From IMG/VR virus record IMGVR_UViG_3300042343_000347: 64,000 nucleotides of DNA; one strand, given 5' to 3'. Below are positions 1 to 12,197 of this stretch, piece after piece. Both the position numbers and the translations under genes were made by a program. The notes below the pieces were generated by a model that had not been told where the DNA came from, did not search any database, and saw only the letters and a list, made by a program, of their open reading frames with translations. The first letter of the stretch is position 1, and the number at the start of each line of letters is the position of its first letter. Source of the DNA: a virus.

Positions 1-129
1 GCTCAATAATTTATAACTCACTGTAGTCGCAGGTAGTATTGCCTCTGCTTCTAATTGTAGAGACATTACGATTTGTGCGGGATAAACTCCTACTAATCCT
101 GCTGGTGTGATCCACTTAGGAGCACTCAT
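1..129 (-). CDS. N-terminus of a virion protein, probably with Ig-like domains (runs off the window)
   Basis: Read manually: ATG at 129, MSAPKWITPAGLVGVYPAQIVMSLQLEAEAILPATTVSYKLLS; P-x-W-x-T-P-A-G start typical of phage Ig-repeat proteins; directly follows the fibre genes. Confidence 0.6.
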   Translation of the reverse strand, partial: MSAPKWITPAGLVGVYPAQIVMSLQLEAEAILPATTVSYKLLS

Positions 130-141
130 ATGTTACCCCCA

Positions 142-2415
<2,274 letters not shown>

Positions 2416-2416
2416 T

Positions 2417-2743
2417 TTACTTAGTCTCTAAAATACTTAATGTTAGTTTAAGAACGCTGTTTGCGTTTGCATAAACTCCTATGCTATTACCTGCCTCAAC
2501 TACTAATTTACCTGACAATAATGCCGCAGCGTCTCCCACAGGAATAGTGAAGTCTTTCGCTAGTTCTGTATTACCGTTTATTGAACTATAAAAGGTAATG
2601 TTGCCGTCATCAGATGCATTTATGTTTGTTGCTTGCGCTAGCAAGACAATCGCTGTAGTTTCCGCAGGGCATGTGTAAATGTTTGTAGCCACTGTTGTAA
2701 TATTGGCTGCTACTGACTTGAATACGTTTAATGGGCTTGCCAC
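2417..2743 (-). CDS. Small beta-rich virion protein (108 aa)
   Basis: Sits between fibre genes; ends L.LSILE like small structural proteins of T4-like phages. Confidence 0.6.
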   Translation of the reverse strand: MASPLNVFKSVAANITTVATNIYTCPAETTAIVLLAQATNINASDDGNITFYSSINGNTELAKDFTIPVGDAAALLSGKLVVEAGNSIGVYANANSVLKLTLSILETK

Positions 2744-2746
2744 GGT

Positions 2747-4975
2747 TTAATTCTCCAATGCTAATATGTATGGTGTAAGGACTGCGAATAAACTTCTATC
2801 AAAAGTTTCTCCTTCGATCACGCCTGCCTCTTCACTAATCAATAGTCCGTCACCGATTCTAAAATCACCGAATTGATCAGTACTAGTATAATTTACTCTT
2901 CCGCCATTCGTCTGACGAATTTCATTCGCTTGTATAGGAACACCACCTAGTCTTGGTGTTGAAGTTAATATGTTAGTGCCTGTACCAACATATTCAAATG
3001 TTTGTCCACTTGCTGATATCAAAGATATCTGTAAGAAATTAACAGATCCTGGTGTAGGTGTGAACTCTAATGATTCACTAAATGTGATAACGCTTGTACC
3101 TGATGATAGTGGTGTAGCCTCACGTACTAAAATATATTGTGAATCGACTCCATCAGTTAACAATACAGCGTCATTAACTGCTGGACGTACACTTAATCCA
3201 CTAACTGTTAATGTGCTACGTGTGTTAGATACCAACGTTCCGGTATATAATGTAGGTCCTACACCCTCTGCCCATAATCCATAATCACCGAAACTATTAT
3301 TTGAATTAGTGATTGAGCAAGTACCGCCATTTTCACACTTAACACCTGCTGTACAGCAGATAGTGAATATACTTACTAACTGTGCATAACCTTGATTAGT
3401 GATGTGTATACCTAATCCACCTTGATTGAATTGAGTATAACTGTCAAGAACCATCGACTTCAATCCACCTGCTAGATTGCCGTCTACACGCATGCCTGCG
3501 CCTGTAGTTGTGATACTGCTACAGTTTTGAATATAAGGGCTTGTTACGATAAACCCTGCACCAGTGCTTGGAAATGCGATTGCTGCCGCAGGAGTCAAAT
3601 GATCTCTGAATGTCATACCAGTAATATAGCAACGATTACGCACCCAGAAAATATCTTGTGTTGGGTTGGCTGGTCTTACATTGACCGCTCTTAAGTTATC
3701 ACCTACTATACTAACACCTGCGCTTAGTGACATAGGGTTGACTTCTGTATAATCACCTGCTTTCACTAATATGCAAGTAATACCTGTTGGATTCAATGCT
3801 TGTAGTGCATTGGCTGCTGTTACCGCTGATGCGATTGTTAATTTAGCATGTGACAAATCTGTACCGCTATTACTGTCGTTGCCTGATTTACTTACATATA
3901 ATACGTTTTGCGCGACACCGGCTACACCAGTCGCACCAGTCGCACCAGTAGGTCCTGTAGCACCACTAGGACCACCTGCTGATATAGCAGCCCAGCCGTA
4001 TTGTGCCGTAGTGAATGTAAGTGTTAATGTATTGGCATCAACAAAATCGATTTCTGGATAATCATATCTACCTACAAAACTTACGTTTGCGCTATCTACT
4101 GGCTCAACGTTGACGTACCTAGATCCTAGATTGTGATTCACAGTCCATACAGTAGAAGGAGTTGCTTGTGTATGCAACCATGTTCCGCCGGGAGGGCCTG
4201 AAGGACCGGTCGCACCAGTGGCGCCGGTTAGACCGGTCGCACCTTGAGGCGTGAATATATTGATATCCCAAGCAGAATAATAACCGGATCCTATACCACC
4301 TACAGCAAAAAACGTCAATGCACCTGTAGCAGGATTATAACTATTGACTACACCAACCATGTAATTGTTCACATCATATGAACATACTAAATTTTGACCA
4401 GTTGTGTATGCTAAACTTGTATCAACAATGCAAGATTTTAGTTCTTGTGCTGTACCTGTGTCGAAAGGACCACCAGTCGCCGTTGCTGTGAATATAGTTC
4501 CTGGATTGTTATTAGGAGAGCCTAATGCGGCCCAATCTGTATTTCCAGGATTATAAATCCTATATGTCATGCCTATAGTGATATCATCTGCTTCAAGCGG
4601 TGATGTGACCAACTCCATTCCGGTTGATGATGTAGTGCTATATGGCAATGCAGGGCCAGTAGCACCCATACCACCTAATGATACTGCTGCGTATCCAGTT
4701 TGAGGCGTAGTGAAAGTTAGTGTTAGTGTAGTATTGTTTAAAAATTCTATAGTAGGATAATCATAACGACCTACGAAACTGACATTAGTACTGTCAATAG
4801 GTTCAACGTTAACATATCTCTCACCTAAATTGTGAGTCACCGTCCATACTGTAGATGCAGTCGTTTGAGTATGGAGATGTGTGCCACCTGTAGGACCGGT
4901 AGCGCCTGTAGAGCCTTGAACTCCTACTATCGCTTCTACCCAACTACTACCATTATAATATTTTAATACGCCCAT
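2747..4975 (-). CDS. Fibre/spike protein with collagen stretches and a pectin-lyase-like beta-helix
   Basis: YVSKSGND.N.G...AKLTI..A and GDY.E..P....GVSIVGDNLR motifs; two HTQ/GRYDYP modules. Confidence 0.75.
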   Translation of the reverse strand: MGVLKYYNGSSWVEAIVGVQGSTGATGPTGGTHLHTQTTASTVWTVTHNLGERYVNVEPIDSTNVSFVGRYDYPTIEFLNNTTLTLTFTTPQTGYAAVSLGGMGATGPALPYSTTSSTGMELVTSPLEADDITIGMTYRIYNPGNTDWAALGSPNNNPGTIFTATATGGPFDTGTAQELKSCIVDTSLAYTTGQNLVCSYDVNNYMVGVVNSYNPATGALTFFAVGGIGSGYYSAWDINIFTPQGATGLTGATGATGPSGPPGGTWLHTQATPSTVWTVNHNLGSRYVNVEPVDSANVSFVGRYDYPEIDFVDANTLTLTFTTAQYGWAAISAGGPSGATGPTGATGATGVAGVAQNVLYVSKSGNDSNSGTDLSHAKLTIASAVTAANALQALNPTGITCILVKAGDYTEVNPMSLSAGVSIVGDNLRAVNVRPANPTQDIFWVRNRCYITGMTFRDHLTPAAAIAFPSTGAGFIVTSPYIQNCSSITTTGAGMRVDGNLAGGLKSMVLDSYTQFNQGGLGIHITNQGYAQLVSIFTICCTAGVKCENGGTCSITNSNNSFGDYGLWAEGVGPTLYTGTLVSNTRSTLTVSGLSVRPAVNDAVLLTDGVDSQYILVREATPLSSGTSVITFSESLEFTPTPGSVNFLQISLISASGQTFEYVGTGTNILTSTPRLGGVPIQANEIRQTNGGRVNYTSTDQFGDFRIGDGLLISEEAGVIEGETFDRSLFAVLTPYILALEN

Positions 4976-5007
4976 AATGTTCTATTATTTATTTACCTGT
5001 ATTTTTA

Positions 5008-7803
5008 TCAAGAGTAACTTGCCCCGACTGTATACCACTGACTTGAACTTATCGCATAGTATTGTAAACTTGCATTCGAAACATGTGTGTATGCCGCATT
5101 GGTTGCTAGGCCGTTTATTGCGGCACCTGCCGCAGGATATACGTTCATGCTGTTCACACTTGTATTGTTTACAATCAATACCATACCTGCTGTGGCTGTC
5201 GGCAATCTAACTCCTTGTCCTGCACTTACTGATGTTACTACGTTGATGTCTTTTGCCAATGCTGTAGCATCACCTTGCACACTACCTGCCGCACTAACAC
5301 TAGCGGCAACACTTCTTATATAATGTGTCTGCGCTACTATGTTACCTGCTACTGTTAGAGTATCAGTAGTTTTATTATATGTAAATCCTGTGTCACCGGC
5401 TTGAGTACCGGCATCATTGAATTGAACTTCAGTGTTCGATCCTGCTACTGAGCCAGATGGGCCTGTCGCGCCCTGCACGCCAGTAGCCCCTGTAGGACCT
5501 GCTATACCTGTAGCACCTACGCCCGTCGCTCCAGTAGGTCCTGTCAATCCAGTAGCGCCTGTTGGACCACCAGAAGGACCTGTTGCACCTGTTATACCAG
5601 TAGCACCTATACTACCACCTGAAGATATAGCAGCATATCCAGCCACTGCAGTGGTGAATGTTAAGGTTAAATTGTTATTGTCAACAAATGTGATAGTTGG
5701 ATAATCATAACGACCAACATAACTCACGTTAGCACTATCTACTGGTTCTACGTTAACATATTTGTCGTCGAGGTTATGATTGACAGTCCATGTGGTTGAT
5801 GCAGACGCTTGAGTATGTAAGTATGTAGAACCAGCCGGGCCTGTTGCACCAGTAGGACCTGTTATACCTGTAGCACCTACACCTGTTGCACCAGTTGGTC
5901 CTACTACGCCAGTAGCACCTTGAACACCGGTTGCTCCTAGTCCCGTAGCACCTTGAACACCAGTTGCTCCAGTGGCACCTGAGCCAGTTGCACCTTGAAT
6001 ACCAGTTGCGCCAGTTGCGCCTACTCCATCTATACCGGGTGTGCTTGTGTCATACCACAATACAGTAGTATCAGGTGGTGCCGTAGGGCCTTCAACTATG
6101 CCGGCTACACCAGTAGCACCAGTCGCTCCTGTAGAACCTTGAGGACCTACCGCGCCAAATAAGTTAACATCCCATGATGTATATGTACCACCGCCTGATA
6201 TAGATTCAACGTCTACAGACATCAAGCCTGTTATTGAATTATATGATTGGACATCACCTATCATATAATCTGATATACTAGTTGCTATTACAACTTTTTG
6301 AGCCAAAGAATAGGCTAAATTTGTACCGACGGTAAATGTTTTCAGCCCAAGACCAATTAAAATTGAAGTACTGCTAGTTGTAGAATATATGTCACCAGGA
6401 ATACCAGTAGCGCCAGTAGGTCCTGTAGGACCAGTACTGCCATTTATGCCCGGTGTTCCCGTAGCACCAGTGGATCCTGTCAATCCTGTAGCACCAATCG
6501 GACCTGTCGCACCTACTAGTGGTTGTACCCAACTTAAGTTACCTGCACCGTCTGTGATGATTGTATAGTTAGGACTGCCGCCTAGGATAGTTATATCACC
6601 TAGATCGCCTAAGTCAGCAGATTGTGTTACTACTAGATCGTCACCGCGTAACGTTACGGCTTCTACTTCGCCACTTGAATATAAGTCATTAGTATTGACG
6701 CTACCTGCAACAATCAACGATGTGTTAGTAACAGTAACAACATTTGGAGTTCCGCTAACTGATATAGTCACATTAGCATTTGGTCTTACTACTACATTTG
6801 AACTACCGTTATTGATAGAACTGATGTTGCCTTGTATGTTTGATAGACCACCACCATCACCGCTGAAGTACGTGGCAATCACATTACCCACAACATTTAG
6901 ATTATTTGTTGTAGGATTGAATTTTAAATTAGATGATGCCGAGAACTGATTATTAACATTAAATTGAATATCAAAATTAGCACCGGCTGGTTCTTGCAAG
7001 TCCCAAGGTTGACCATTAGAATAATATAACTTGTCAGTCAACACTCCATAAGCAGGATTAGTATTTGATATTCTTAGATTGCCATCTAAGGTAACGTTAC
7101 CTGCTACGACATTGCTTACTTCTATATTACCATCAATAGATATGTTACCGCTGACATTTAAATCATTAGCAACATTTACATAATTTGCTCTGGCTAGATT
7201 TCCTAAATTCGCATTACCTGATGTTAAGTTACCTGTTACGATTACAGTTGTAATGTTGGCAGTTGTAATGTTAGCAGTACCGGTAGCAATCAAGTTAGAT
7301 GTATTAACATTTATGTTTGCTGTGATATTGCTAGCAATCACATTACCGATAATGTTTGCTCTATTGGCAGCAATTACATTGCCTACGCTTATGTTATTAG
7401 CAGTTACATTACCGTTAGTTATGTATACGTTAGGGGCAGCATTCGGTGTACCTATGTATAACGAATTGCCTATGAATGTGTCCGGACGTAAATCTATATA
7501 TAGGGTTTGTGACGCATTATTAACCGAAGTAGCATAACCCAATGTATCGGGTGCCAGCCCTATTTCTAGACTAGTAGTAGTGACGTTTAATCGACTAAAA
7601 TCTGCGGATAGTAATATGTTTCCGGTAGGCGAATTGACGGAAATGCCGGGTTGCTTGGTTCTATTGATAGATAGAACGCCTTGCGAATTTTGTAATTGGA
7701 ATAGTTCAGAGAAGTTTTCTTGTGTCTTTTGAAACGCGGCGCGGATCGCATCTGCGTCTGGATCATCAGGAAAACTACCGAAGTCAATGTTTCTTTGTGC
7801 CAT
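5008..7803 (-). CDS. Fibre protein with GN-rich beta repeats and collagen segments
   Basis: N-terminal G..PDD..AD.IR.AF.K..ENF.EL attachment-type motif; GNV/ANI repeats; GAT triplets. Confidence 0.8.
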   Translation of the reverse strand: MAQRNIDFGSFPDDPDADAIRAAFQKTQENFSELFQLQNSQGVLSINRTKQPGISVNSPTGNILLSADFSRLNVTTTSLEIGLAPDTLGYATSVNNASQTLYIDLRPDTFIGNSLYIGTPNAAPNVYITNGNVTANNISVGNVIAANRANIIGNVIASNITANINVNTSNLIATGTANITTANITTVIVTGNLTSGNANLGNLARANYVNVANDLNVSGNISIDGNIEVSNVVAGNVTLDGNLRISNTNPAYGVLTDKLYYSNGQPWDLQEPAGANFDIQFNVNNQFSASSNLKFNPTTNNLNVVGNVIATYFSGDGGGLSNIQGNISSINNGSSNVVVRPNANVTISVSGTPNVVTVTNTSLIVAGSVNTNDLYSSGEVEAVTLRGDDLVVTQSADLGDLGDITILGGSPNYTIITDGAGNLSWVQPLVGATGPIGATGLTGSTGATGTPGINGSTGPTGPTGATGIPGDIYSTTSSTSILIGLGLKTFTVGTNLAYSLAQKVVIATSISDYMIGDVQSYNSITGLMSVDVESISGGGTYTSWDVNLFGAVGPQGSTGATGATGVAGIVEGPTAPPDTTVLWYDTSTPGIDGVGATGATGIQGATGSGATGATGVQGATGLGATGVQGATGVVGPTGATGVGATGITGPTGATGPAGSTYLHTQASASTTWTVNHNLDDKYVNVEPVDSANVSYVGRYDYPTITFVDNNNLTLTFTTAVAGYAAISSGGSIGATGITGATGPSGGPTGATGLTGPTGATGVGATGIAGPTGATGVQGATGPSGSVAGSNTEVQFNDAGTQAGDTGFTYNKTTDTLTVAGNIVAQTHYIRSVAASVSAAGSVQGDATALAKDINVVTSVSAGQGVRLPTATAGMVLIVNNTSVNSMNVYPAAGAAINGLATNAAYTHVSNASLQYYAISSSQWYTVGASYS

Positions 7804-7826
7804 TTATCAGTTCACCATTAATATAG

Positions 7827-7832
7827 TATTTA
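7827..7832 (-). promoter_or_regulatory. Late promoter TAAATA (representative of about 20 copies)
   Basis: Same box before late genes at 4986, 10893, 11386, 14079, 17775, 20804, 28395, 28720, 30987, 35006, 35926, 36417, 39094, 42360, 60155 (minus strand) and 17831, 23278, 42405 (plus strand); resembles T4 TATAAATA. Confidence 0.8.
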
Positions 7833-7857
7833 TCAGTTTGGGATAAACACGATTGCC

Positions 7858-7887
7858 AAAAAAATACCCGACATAAGTCGGGTATTT
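7858..7887 (-). terminator. Rho-independent terminator
   Basis: 11-bp stem AAATACCCGAC/GTCGGGTATTT, 4-nt loop, U-tract on the minus strand. Confidence 0.85.
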
Positions 7888-7909
7888 CTTCACTTTAATG
7901 ACTTGCAGA

Positions 7910-10246
7910 TCAGTTTCCTAATCCTGCTAGTCTTCTGAACTCTGACATATCTTCATCGCCTGTGCGCTCTTTATCACCTGCAAGTACAGGGATAGTTTGC
8001 TGACCAGTTGACTTAGGCTTGTTCAATCCACCTGAAATCACTTTAGTCATGAACTCAATATCGCGCTCAAATGTCTGCTGTGTACCATCTTTACCTGCAT
8101 CATTTGCCCACTCATCTAATTTCTTCTCTTTCTTGTCTTTCTTGTCATCGTATTCGATGTCTTTCTTTACTTCTTTACCGGCTTTTTCTGCTTTGTCGTC
8201 ATCTTTACCTTTATGACCTTCATCATGTTCGATATCTTTAGCGACTTTCTTACCAGCCTTTTCTGCCTTGTCATCCTTCTCACTAGTTGACTCTTCAGCG
8301 AGCCATGCTAGTTTCTTGTATAGATTCAAGAAACTTGTTCTTGATTCGCTCATTGCTTCTTCTTCCTCTTCGGCTGCATCTGCTGATGCTACTGCATCAG
8401 CCGCTAATGGATTGCTTTCCATACCGTCTTCGTTAGTCGCCCCGCCTTTTGCGGTTCCACCTGCTGCCATCGCTGAATCAATTTGTGCTGCGGCTTCTTG
8501 ACCTTGCTCGTAACCTTCACCATCATCTTCTGCAACTTGATATTCCATCTGATCTTCTGATTCTACTTCATCGACCATCTCTTTACCTTCGCCGCACTTA
8601 TGACCTGCTTCCATCATGCCACCGCACTCGTTGCAAGTTTCTTCTTTAGCGTGATCATGACCTTCTTCATCTTTATAGTCATCGCCACCTGACATGACCT
8701 TCAATAGACCCATCATGCCGCCTTTGTCATCATAACCACTGAACTTAGGTGCACCGTAATCACTTACAGCCATTGCTGGTTCTGCTGGACCGTCTACTTG
8801 TTGCTCACCACCTAATCCACCTAGACCAACTTGTTTGATGAATGCTAACAACTTGCCTGCATCATCACCTGTTGCTGAAACACTAACTGAATCATCTCCC
8901 ATGCCGTCGTTTAAACCTTGTGACATGTTTACGCTTAGGCCTTCGTTAAGCAAATCATTCAATTGCTTATCTAGGGATTCAAATGCAAATTCATCGATCT
9001 TTGCGCTATAGTTTGAACGATCAGTAAATGTCTTGCCACCTACTGAAAACTTATCACCTTTGTCTGCTTTAGCAAGAGCGGCTGTGAATGCATTACCTTC
9101 TCCTACGCCCGCCATACCTGCGCCTGGATCTGCTGCCATCCCCATCTCTCCCATGCTGCCTTCTTCGGCGCCGTAACCTGCCATATTGTCTACGACATCC
9201 TGACCAGATTCAACTTCGCTAACTACTAGGCCGCGATTTGGCATTAAGCCATAGCACTCATCGATGCCTTCTTTATAACCTTCGTGATAACGACGGTGTT
9301 CATCACTACCTTCATTATATTTACTAGCATAACTATGCTTACTTAAACCATGTGATTTGCCTTCGTGATAGGCTGCTTCTAATGTATTCATTGCTTCGTC
9401 TACCTTCTTTTTCTTTTTGTCGGCTGATGCCTTCTTCATTGACTCTTTCTTGTTACCATCTTTATCAAGATCAATAAAATCTGGCTTTGCCTCTAATACG
9501 TTATCTTTGCGACCTGCACCTAAACCTGCACCATAGTCAGGACCTGACTTTGGAATCTCTGCTTCGCTAGTCTTCTTTTTCTTTTCAGGAAGACCCTTGT
9601 GTTTAGTTTGTGCAAAGTCTTTAACATCACCCTTTTTCATTGACTTGGCAACATCTGCTACTGCTTTGCTCATAGGCTTCTCGCCTTTTTGCGCGGCACG
9701 TACCATGCCCATGAATTTTTGCTGTGCTTTGCTTACTGCTTTTTCGTCAAGTTCTTCTTCACCTAATTTCTTATTCATATTGATACGATTAGTTAGGTGT
9801 GTCTCTATGTCTTTGCGTTGTGTAGCCTGTGACATTTGACCAGGCTGTTGCGCATCACGCTTTGCGGCTGCTGATTTGATAGTGTTCGGGCTTAGTTCAT
9901 TAAGTTCGTCACCGGCTAAACTCATCTCGCCCTTGCCTATCGCTGATTTGATTGTTGCGGCAAGTGCAGGATTGCTAACAGTACCTAATGTCTTAGTACC
10001 TTGCTTGATTACCTGTGTAGATTGCTTTGCAGGCTCAATAGTTAATTGCTCCGCTTCATTGATCATGTTCTTATCAATGATATCGAACCAATCTTTCAAT
10101 GATTTCTTTTTGTCTTTAGCGGCTAGTGCGGCTTTTTTGGCACGATCACTGGCTGCTTCTTTGTCATGCGGTTTATCAGAAGGTTTAACGTCTTTATCAT
10201 ACGCATCTTCTTCATTAACCATCTCTAAAAATTTTCTAAAATCCAT
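7910..10246 (-). CDS. Acidic low-complexity putative internal-head protein
   Basis: MDFRKFLEMVNE start, many [LIV]xE sites, DUF3008-like segment (KAVSKAQQKFMG...DFAQTKHKGLPEK), DLDKDG, ends RRLAGL. Confidence 0.6.
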   Translation of the reverse strand: MDFRKFLEMVNEEDAYDKDVKPSDKPHDKEAASDRAKKAALAAKDKKKSLKDWFDIIDKNMINEAEQLTIEPAKQSTQVIKQGTKTLGTVSNPALAATIKSAIGKGEMSLAGDELNELSPNTIKSAAAKRDAQQPGQMSQATQRKDIETHLTNRINMNKKLGEEELDEKAVSKAQQKFMGMVRAAQKGEKPMSKAVADVAKSMKKGDVKDFAQTKHKGLPEKKKKTSEAEIPKSGPDYGAGLGAGRKDNVLEAKPDFIDLDKDGNKKESMKKASADKKKKKVDEAMNTLEAAYHEGKSHGLSKHSYASKYNEGSDEHRRYHEGYKEGIDECYGLMPNRGLVVSEVESGQDVVDNMAGYGAEEGSMGEMGMAADPGAGMAGVGEGNAFTAALAKADKGDKFSVGGKTFTDRSNYSAKIDEFAFESLDKQLNDLLNEGLSVNMSQGLNDGMGDDSVSVSATGDDAGKLLAFIKQVGLGGLGGEQQVDGPAEPAMAVSDYGAPKFSGYDDKGGMMGLLKVMSGGDDYKDEEGHDHAKEETCNECGGMMEAGHKCGEGKEMVDEVESEDQMEYQVAEDDGEGYEQGQEAAAQIDSAMAAGGTAKGGATNEDGMESNPLAADAVASADAAEEEEEAMSESRTSFLNLYKKLAWLAEESTSEKDDKAEKAGKKVAKDIEHDEGHKGKDDDKAEKAGKEVKKDIEYDDKKDKKEKKLDEWANDAGKDGTQQTFERDIEFMTKVISGGLNKPKSTGQQTIPVLAGDKERTGDEDMSEFRRLAGLGN

Positions 10247-10258
10247 GATTGGTTCCTC

Positions 10259-10870
10259 TTAAGCCATCGCGCCTGTCTTAGGCTTTTCTGGACGTTTGAT
10301 GTTTGTCATAGGACTCTTATCACCCATTGATTTATCATCTAAATAAGGCTTGAAAGGGTCGAATGAATCTGGTGTTTCTTTGGCAGCATACGGCATCATG
10401 ATCTTACTATCTTTTGATTGCTCTTTGATACTGCTTAGATATGAATCAGAATAATCTTTATTTGCTTGTTCTGCACCACTGATCTTATCAAAGTCTTTGT
10501 TGTTTGGTTCCATTTGGTTAGCATATTCTTCTTGCTCACGATTGATGCTATCGTCATACTTACTATCAACCAAACGAACATAATTCAAATTGTAACCTAA
10601 CAATTGTGCTAATTGCTGAACCATTGGTTCTGTGCATGGATAACGGAACTTGCACTTTAACAATGTTACTGGTTCGTTTTTAATTCCGGGGAAACCATAG
10701 ACATCTTTCGCTATAGGAAGTGTCTTGGGTGTGATAGGACCTGCTGGTTCAAACTTCTTAAGATTGTAGATGAATAGGTCCAAGAAGTTCTTGTCAACTT
10801 CACCTGCGATCTTGATTGTAACATCGTACAAATGTACGCTTTCAGCAATGTATTGTTTTAGGCTTTTCAT
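10259..10870 (-). CDS. Hypothetical late protein with a capsid-targeting-like N-terminus
   Basis: MKSLKQYIAES resembles the T4 internal-protein N-terminus MKTYQEFIAE; late box upstream. Confidence 0.55.
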   Translation of the reverse strand: MKSLKQYIAESVHLYDVTIKIAGEVDKNFLDLFIYNLKKFEPAGPITPKTLPIAKDVYGFPGIKNEPVTLLKCKFRYPCTEPMVQQLAQLLGYNLNYVRLVDSKYDDSINREQEEYANQMEPNNKDFDKISGAEQANKDYSDSYLSSIKEQSKDSKIMMPYAAKETPDSFDPFKPYLDDKSMGDKSPMTNIKRPEKPKTGAMA

Positions 10871-10898
10871 ATCTTATAATTCCCGTATCTAATATTTA

Positions 10899-11381
10899 TC
10901 ATTTATCCGTCTTTTTGTCTAGGAGTGCCTTAAGTATCTCGTTTCTATCTAACGATTTACCCTCCCCTAAAGGAGTATTGTCAATCTCCTTGTCCTTGCT
11001 TGACTGCTTCTGATCCAGTGCTGCCTTCTTCAATTGTAACTCAATCATCTTGAGTTTCTTGCTTACTTTAGCAGTCTTAGCAGTAATCGCATGTCCTAGC
11101 ATGGTTCCGGCTACCCCGAAAATCTCACTGCTAAAGCGGCTATCAACCTGCATACCTAGATCCATCAAGTCTTTATAACTACTCTGTGCTAGGTCCGCTA
11201 ATTGATCCATCTCTACGTCAGCCGTCTCAAGTCCGCGCACTTGAGGTAGAGCATTTTCTATCTTCTCAAGGTTGTTTAATGCTGATACTGTAATCTCTTG
11301 TGTCTCAGGTGGAAGTTGAAATTCTTCAGATTTTTCTTCGTCTTGGGACAAGTTGAACAGTTCTTCAAGTTTTCTAGTCAT
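10899..11381 (-). CDS. Probable terminase small subunit (gp16-like)
   Basis: Helical protein with LMDLG...SR..EIF.VA..ML pattern; start reassigned to ATG 11381 just after a TAAATA box. Confidence 0.5.
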   Translation of the reverse strand: MTRKLEELFNLSQDEEKSEEFQLPPETQEITVSALNNLEKIENALPQVRGLETADVEMDQLADLAQSSYKDLMDLGMQVDSRFSSEIFGVAGTMLGHAITAKTAKVSKKLKMIELQLKKAALDQKQSSKDKEIDNTPLGEGKSLDRNEILKALLDKKTDK

Positions 11382-11388
11382 GCAGTAT

Positions 11389-11826
11389 TTATTTGCGTTT
11401 ACCCTTATAGAACAAATCATCTTCGGTGATTACTCTAAAGGTACAACCTATCCTTTTGCAATAGGCCATCGCCGCTGCCCATTTTGCATGATTAAGTGCT
11501 ACCACTGCTCTGTCTTTTGCGCTAGCCACTCTGCTCTCAATTAGGCTTTGTTTCTTAGGTTTGATCTCTACTACTTCTGCTTTCTGCTGTCCCAATTTGT
11601 CTTGGTATAATACAAAGAAGTCAGGTATGTATATAGTTTGTTTTCCCGTTAACGGATTTCTATATGGGATTTGAATAGACTCGCTAGCCCATTGAATGAC
11701 GCTATCGTGATTATCACAAAACATCATAAATGTTAGTTCCCAACCCGAACGATATTTAGGCGCGCCTTTGCCTATATACTTTTGTTTATTTCTTACGTGA
11801 TAACGGCCTTGAGCAAAATTTGCCAT
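11389..11826 (-). CDS. gp4: Head completion nuclease (T4 gp4-like, TnsA-type)
   Basis: YRSGWE..FM.FCD, W.SE...IPY, YIPDF, EIKP, N.AKW.AA. Confidence 0.85.
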   Translation of the reverse strand: MANFAQGRYHVRNKQKYIGKGAPKYRSGWELTFMMFCDNHDSVIQWASESIQIPYRNPLTGKQTIYIPDFFVLYQDKLGQQKAEVVEIKPKKQSLIESRVASAKDRAVVALNHAKWAAAMAYCKRIGCTFRVITEDDLFYKGKRK

Positions 11827-11827
11827 A

Positions 11828-12196
11828 TCATAAAACTACATTGCGCGCCACTGGTTGTACAGGCTTAGGTATTACCGCTACACCATATAGGCTTGTTTTA
11901 GATTTAAAACTATTGAGATAGTATGCGAGAGTTTGATTTAACTGAAGTTTGTTTTTCGATGTGCCTTTGATATTTTCTAATAATTCGATTGCATCTAAGC
12001 CTGATTGTTGTGATACTTTAAAAAGAAATGCTGTAAAATTTTGTGCTATTGCGTCTGTCTCGCATACATCTCTGAAAAAACTTAATACGATATCATATTG
12101 ATTTGTAGGTATAGATATGCTTTGATTGTAAAAACTATCAAAGATTTTTATAGTTCTATCAATACCTGATACTTGTACATTAACTAGCGATCTCAT
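11828..12196 (-). CDS. Hypothetical protein, probably baseplate or tail associated
   Basis: Tightly packed in the tail operon. Confidence 0.55.
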   Translation of the reverse strand: MRSLVNVQVSGIDRTIKIFDSFYNQSISIPTNQYDIVLSFFRDVCETDAIAQNFTAFLFKVSQQSGLDAIELLENIKGTSKNKLQLNQTLAYYLNSFKSKTSLYGVAVIPKPVQPVARNVVL

Positions 12197-12197
12197 A

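Noticed and set aside
7801-7838. Direct repeat AACTGATAAAT at the late box and at the start codon
   Set aside because: Single 11-bp AT-rich case; could be chance
11389-11826. TnsA-like motif suggesting a transposon
   Set aside because: Matches T4 gp4 head completion protein in a structural operon; no other Tn7 genes or ends
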